The notes under the pieces are model-generated. The model was not told the origin of the DNA and did not search any database. It saw only the letters and a list, made by a program, of their open reading frames with translations. 64,000 nucleotides of DNA from Dehalococcoidia bacterium (lineage in GTDB: Bacteria > Chloroflexota > Dehalococcoidia > Lucifugimonadales > UBA3495): contig OZ244707.1 of the NCBI GenBank assembly GCA_965218875.1, positions 2,000,504 through 2,064,503 of the forward strand, written 5' to 3'. The position numbers and the translations under genes were made by a program. Numbering within the stretch: the stretch's first letter is position 1; the number at the start of each line of letters is the position of its first letter. Below, piece by piece: positions 60,375 to 64,000 of this stretch.

Positions 60375-61112
60375 TCAGTTCCGTTCCGAGCCGCTCCCTC
60401 TCCCCGAGTCGATGGCGTCCTTCAGGCTGAAAGCGCCGTCGTACAGGGCCCGCCCCAGGATGACCCCCTCCACTCCGGAGCCCCCCAGCCGCCGGATGTG
60501 TTCCAGGGTGGTCACGCCCCCCGAGGCCAGGACCGCCATTCCAGTGTCCCGCACTAGGGCGGCGTTGGCGGAGAAGTTGGGCTCAGTCATGGTGCCGTCC
60601 CGGGAGATGTCCGTGTACAACAGCCGGGTAACTCCCACCGTGTCCATGCGCCGCGCCAACTCCAAGACGCCGAGCGAGCTTTGCTCGGTCCATCCTTTGA
60701 CCGACACCAGCCCGTCGCGGGCGTCCAGGGCCACCACCACCCGTTCGCTGCCCTCGACCCGGCACAAGTCCTCCACCAACGACGGGGTTTCCACCGCCGC
60801 AGTGCCGATGACCACCCGGTCGGCCCCGTCGGCCAGCAGACTGGATGCCGTTCCTTCGTCGCGCACTCCGCCCCCCACCTGTACCGGAATAGATAGCCGC
60901 CTGACGATTTCAAGTATTACGTCCCGGTTTACCTGCCTCCCCTGGGCGGCGCCGTCCAGGTCCACGAGGTGCAGCCTGGGGGCGCCCTGTTCCTCCCAGC
61001 CCACGGCGACGGCAACGGGATCGTGAGAATAGACGGTCTCCCGCCGGTGGTCGCCCTGGTACAGGCGGACGCAACGGCCCGAGCTCAGGTCAATGGCCGG
61101 GATTACTTCCAT
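60375..61112 (-). CDS. hisA: 1-(5-phosphoribosyl)-5-[(5-phosphoribosylamino)methylideneamino]imidazole-4-carboxamide isomerase
   Basis: MEVIPAIDLSSGRCVRLYQGD... and GGVRD / ASGGV motifs. Two further in-frame ATGs at 61127 and 61142 come from a 15-bp tandem duplication. Confidence 0.9.
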   Translation of the reverse strand: MEVIPAIDLSSGRCVRLYQGDHRRETVYSHDPVAVAVGWEEQGAPRLHLVDLDGAAQGRQVNRDVILEIVRRLSIPVQVGGGVRDEGTASSLLADGADRVVIGTAAVETPSLVEDLCRVEGSERVVVALDARDGLVSVKGWTEQSSLGVLELARRMDTVGVTRLLYTDISRDGTMTEPNFSANAALVRDTGMAVLASGGVTTLEHIRRLGGSGVEGVILGRALYDGAFSLKDAIDSGRGSGSERN

Positions 61113-61186
61113 AAATCGACCAGGCATAGGTCGACCAGGCATGAATTAACCGGGTGTTGCCGCGGGGGCCGGCGGGCGGCTGCCAA

Positions 61187-61846
61187 CTACCGGGCCAAGC
61201 CGGACTGCGGATAGCTGCCGGTCCTGTGCTGCTCCGCCAGCGCACAGAAATTCCGGTAAATTCTCAGGCCGGCGTCCCCGCTCTTTTCGGGATGAAACTG
61301 GGTGGCTATCAGGTTGCCCTGGGCGTAGACACTGCAAAAGGACACGCTGTAGTCGGTGGAGCCGAGCCGGCCCGAGGGTTCGTCCGGCACGGCGTAGTAG
61401 CTATGGACGAAGTAGAAGTGGCTGTCCTGGGGAATACCCTCGAAGGCCGGATGGTCCCCGTGGAGCCGGACGCTGTTCCACCCCATGTGCGGCACCTTCA
61501 AGCCCTGGGGAAGTCTCTCCACCCGGCCCGGGACGACGCCCAGGCAGGCGGCCTCACCCTCTGCCGTGCTGTCCATCAGCAACTGCAGGCCAAGGCACAC
61601 CCCCAGGAACGGACGGCCCGACGACACGTAGTCGCGCAGCGGCTGGACCAGCCCTCGCTGCCGGAGCGCGTTCATTGCCGCCGGCGCCGAGCCCACTCCT
61701 GGGAACAGCACCGCGTCGGCTTCGGCCACCTCCGCCGGGTCCCCGGTGACCGTGGGGCGCACGCCCGCCGATTCCAGGGCCTTGGCCACGCTGCGAAGGT
61801 TGCCTGAATCGTAATCGACGACCACAAGCTTGAGACTCTGGGTCAC
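61187..61846 (-). CDS. hisH: Imidazole glycerol phosphate synthase, glutamine amidotransferase subunit
   Basis: VVVDYDSGNLRSVAKALE, the nucleophile GVCLGLQLL and C-terminal ATQFHPEKS. Confidence 0.92.
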   Translation of the reverse strand: MTQSLKLVVVDYDSGNLRSVAKALESAGVRPTVTGDPAEVAEADAVLFPGVGSAPAAMNALRQRGLVQPLRDYVSSGRPFLGVCLGLQLLMDSTAEGEAACLGVVPGRVERLPQGLKVPHMGWNSVRLHGDHPAFEGIPQDSHFYFVHSYYAVPDEPSGRLGSTDYSVSFCSVYAQGNLIATQFHPEKSGDAGLRIYRNFCALAEQHRTGSYPQSGLAR

Positions 61847-61850
61847 CGGG

Positions 61851-62441
61851 CTAACCTCGCGCTCCGGTCGCCCGTTCCATGGGCAGGTCCCGGTCCTGGT
61901 AGCGGGCTACCACGAACAGCAGGTCTCCTATACGGTTCAGGTAGGTTATGACCAAGTCGTTGGTCAGTTGTTCCGCCTCTTTCAAGGCCACCACCCGGCG
62001 CTCCGCGGTGCGGATGATGCACCGGGCCAGGTCGATGGCTGCCGACGCCGGCGAGCCTCCGGGCAGGATGAACACGTTGGGCATTTCCACGTCTTGTTCC
62101 AGGGCGTTTATGGTGGACTCCAGCCGCTCCACCATCTCCTCAGTCACCGGCTCGAAGTGCTGCTGGAACAGCTCATACTTGTCCGGCTCGGTGGCCAACT
62201 CCGCCGCGATGGTGAACAGCTCCCGTTGCAAGTCCCTCAACACGTCCTTGACCCGTTGGTCTTCGGAGACGGCCCGGGCCAGACCCATGGCTGAAACCGC
62301 CTCGTCGGTGATCCCGTAGGCCTCAGTGTGCGGGTTGTTCTTGGAAACGCGGCCCCCGTAGAGCAGGCTGGTGTCGCCCTGGTCCCCAAACTTGGTATAG
62401 ATCCTCTTTCTGTACGAGGAAGATGACGAGGTCATGGGCAT
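61851..62441 (-). CDS. PduO-type ATP:cob(I)alamin adenosyltransferase
   Basis: IYTKFGDQGDTSLLYGGRVSKNNPHTEAYGITDE is the PduO-type N-terminal signature. Confidence 0.88.
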   Translation of the reverse strand: MPMTSSSSSYRKRIYTKFGDQGDTSLLYGGRVSKNNPHTEAYGITDEAVSAMGLARAVSEDQRVKDVLRDLQRELFTIAAELATEPDKYELFQQHFEPVTEEMVERLESTINALEQDVEMPNVFILPGGSPASAAIDLARCIIRTAERRVVALKEAEQLTNDLVITYLNRIGDLLFVVARYQDRDLPMERATGARG

Positions 62442-62566
62442 AGCCTTCGGGTAGATTGTCCGCCTGGACCGGGGAAGTCGTGGGCCGGTAGGGTAGCGGG
62501 TGGAATTGTAGCATAGGGGTACTCGCCGGGCTATACTGGACGCAACCGCCCCAGAGGTAAGCAGCT

Positions 62567-63325
62567 ATGCAGCCCGAGGTCCACGTCATTGGTATAGAAG
62601 GAATGCCGGAGATCAGGTCCGGTGACGACTTGGCCGCCCTGCTGATGGACGCCGCCCGGGAGCAAGGCGTCCTGGTCGAGGATGGAGACGTGATAGTCGT
62701 GACCCAGAAGGTGGTGTCCAAGGCCGAGGGGAGAGTGATGTCCTACGAGGGCGTCGAACCGTCATCCCTGGCCCTGACCATCACCGAAGGCCACCGCCGG
62801 GACCCCCGTCACACCGAGGTCGTCCTCCGGGAGAGCCGGCGCATAGTGCGCATGGACCGGGGCGTGATAATCAGCGAGACCCACCATGGCTTCGTCTGCG
62901 CCAACGCCGGCATCGACGCCTCCAACATACCGGGATCGGACACCCTGTGCCTGCTCCCGGTTGATCCCGACCTGTCCGCCCGCCACATCCGTGATTCGGT
63001 GCGAGAGAGCCTGGGGGTCGACGTGGCGGTGGTCATATCGGACACTTTTGGCCGTCCCTGGCGCAACGGGGCCACCAACGTCGCCATTGGCGTGGCCGGC
63101 ATCGACCCTATCCTTAGCTACGTGGGCCAAGAGGATGCCCACGGCAACCTGATGCACACCACCGAGATAGCCGTGGCCGACGAGCTGGCCGCCGCCGCCG
63201 AGCTGGTGACCGGGAAAGTGCGCGCGGTCCCCGTGGCGATTATCCGGGGCTATGCCTTTGCACCGGCCGAGGACGCCGGCATTCAGCGGCTGGTCCGGAC
63301 CGGCGACCGGGACCTGTTCAGGTAG
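62567..63325 (+). CDS. cofE: Coenzyme F420-0:L-glutamate ligase
   Basis: GMPEIRSGDDLAALL...GDVIVVTQKVVSKAEGR...HGFVCANAGIDASN...VVISDTFGRPWRNG is the CofE/FbiB N-domain pattern. Confidence 0.85.
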   Translation: MQPEVHVIGIEGMPEIRSGDDLAALLMDAAREQGVLVEDGDVIVVTQKVVSKAEGRVMSYEGVEPSSLALTITEGHRRDPRHTEVVLRESRRIVRMDRGVIISETHHGFVCANAGIDASNIPGSDTLCLLPVDPDLSARHIRDSVRESLGVDVAVVISDTFGRPWRNGATNVAIGVAGIDPILSYVGQEDAHGNLMHTTEIAVADELAAAAELVTGKVRAVPVAIIRGYAFAPAEDAGIQRLVRTGDRDLFR

Positions 63326-64000
63326 CGCCGCGGCCCGGTGCTTCGTCCCCGAACAGCGGCAGGGGAAGCTGGAGTTGGGGACCCTGGGGAAATGAGGACA
63401 CACCCACTCCCAAGAGCCGGAAGGACCGCTCTGGAGACAGCTCCGCGGACAGCAAGCGCCAGGCCTGCTCCAGGATGGCTTGTTGAGAAGAGGTTGGAGC
63501 CGCCAGCGTCACCTGCCTGGTGAAGGTGGCGAAGTCGGCCAGCCGGGCCTTGAGGGTAACCGTCTTTCCTTCCAGCCCCTGTCCTTCCAGGTGGCGGGCC
63601 ACGTTCTCGGCTAGCCCGTTCAGCTCTTCACGCAGGCGCTCCGGGTCGTTGAGGTCGGCGGCGAAGGTGGTCTCCGCGCTTACCGACTTGGTCTCCCGCT
63701 CGGTCTGCACCGGCTCCGTGTCCCGGCCCAGCGCCTTGGCCTGCACCGCGGCGGCCCGCTGGCCGAAGGTCCTGTGGAACCACTCCGGCGGCTGAACGGC
63801 CAACTGCCCTATGGTGTCCACTCCCTCCCGGCGCAGCCTTTCCACTGTCTTGGGACCGATGCCCCACAGCTTGCCCACCGGCAGCGGCGCCAGAAAACCG
63901 GGCTCCTGCCCCGGCGGGACCACCACCAGCCCGTCGGGCTTCCGCAGGTCAGAGGCGATTTTGGCCACGGTCTTGTTGGTTCCCACGCCCACGGATACCG
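63318..64000 (-). CDS. dinB: DNA polymerase IV (Y-family), C-terminal part; 5' end lies outside the window
   Basis: GVGTNKTVAKIASDLRKPDGLVVV...LPVGKLWGIGPKTVERLRREGVDTIGQL plus a little-finger domain. The ORF continues to the window edge. Confidence 0.85.
   Translation of the reverse strand, partial: VSVGVGTNKTVAKIASDLRKPDGLVVVPPGQEPGFLAPLPVGKLWGIGPKTVERLRREGVDTIGQLAVQPPEWFHRTFGQRAAAVQAKALGRDTEPVQTERETKSVSAETTFAADLNDPERLREELNGLAENVARHLEGQGLEGKTVTLKARLADFATFTRQVTLAAPTSSQQAILEQAWRLLSAELSPERSFRLLGVGVSSFPQGPQLQLPLPLFGDEAPGRGAT

Noticed and set aside
1-64000. Search for tRNA, rRNA, tmRNA, RNase P, integrase/recombinase, reverse transcriptase and cas genes.
   Set aside because: No T-loop/acceptor-like GGTTCGAATCC contexts, rRNA-like segments or matching protein motifs were seen by eye on either strand. 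Absence is not proven without tRNAscan-SE, Infernal or HMMER.

Overview
This is a 64-kb high-GC bacterial chromosomal segment (GC judged by eye, not computed). T-box leaders, cofE and an mqnA-like gene would fit a Chloroflexota-like or other high-GC monoderm, but taxonomy cannot be settled from this window. Most of it is housekeeping genes on both strands. These include a T-box-controlled ilvB-ilvN-ilvC-(small repeat protein)-leuA operon and a second AHAS large-subunit paralog with its own T-box. Also present are tsaD, tilS, metG, a fused accD-accA, Mrp/DUF59 Fe-S factors, hisA-hisH, a PduO-type adenosyltransferase, cofE, an mqnA-like gene, a polyprenyl synthase, a CoxM/S/L-type molybdoenzyme and assorted hydrolases and oxidoreductases. 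I saw no rRNA, tRNA or CRISPR array. Accessory content has four parts. (1) A visibly lower-GC island (about 45.6-51.1 kb) carries an orphan YgiT zinc-ribbon gene, a chimeric scar of the neighbouring peptidase gene, a VapBC-like pair and a complete type III R-M (mod-res). (2) A lower-GC islet (about 9.0-10.9 kb) carries a lone PD-(D/E)xK nuclease-family gene. (3) An ISAs1-family IS has its transposase split at an in-phase A AAA AAG heptamer and is preceded by a 138-bp solo copy of its own right end. (4) At least nine MITE/REP-like intergenic elements share CAGGRTCATTYRATTRT-type termini, two of them flanked by perfect 12-13 bp direct repeats, and there is a 36-bp tandem array. The best-supported non-obvious call is a peroxiredoxin with an in-frame TGA at the peroxidatic-Cys position (probable selenoprotein), which the ORF track splits. 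Also notable are a GreA-family factor with an integrase-SAM-like N-terminal domain, two PaREP1/HEPN-like genes, a MoaD/ThiS-like protein extended past its GG, and two T-box leaders with different specifier candidates. I found no clearly novel multi-gene system; the defence-type genes here belong to recognisable families.
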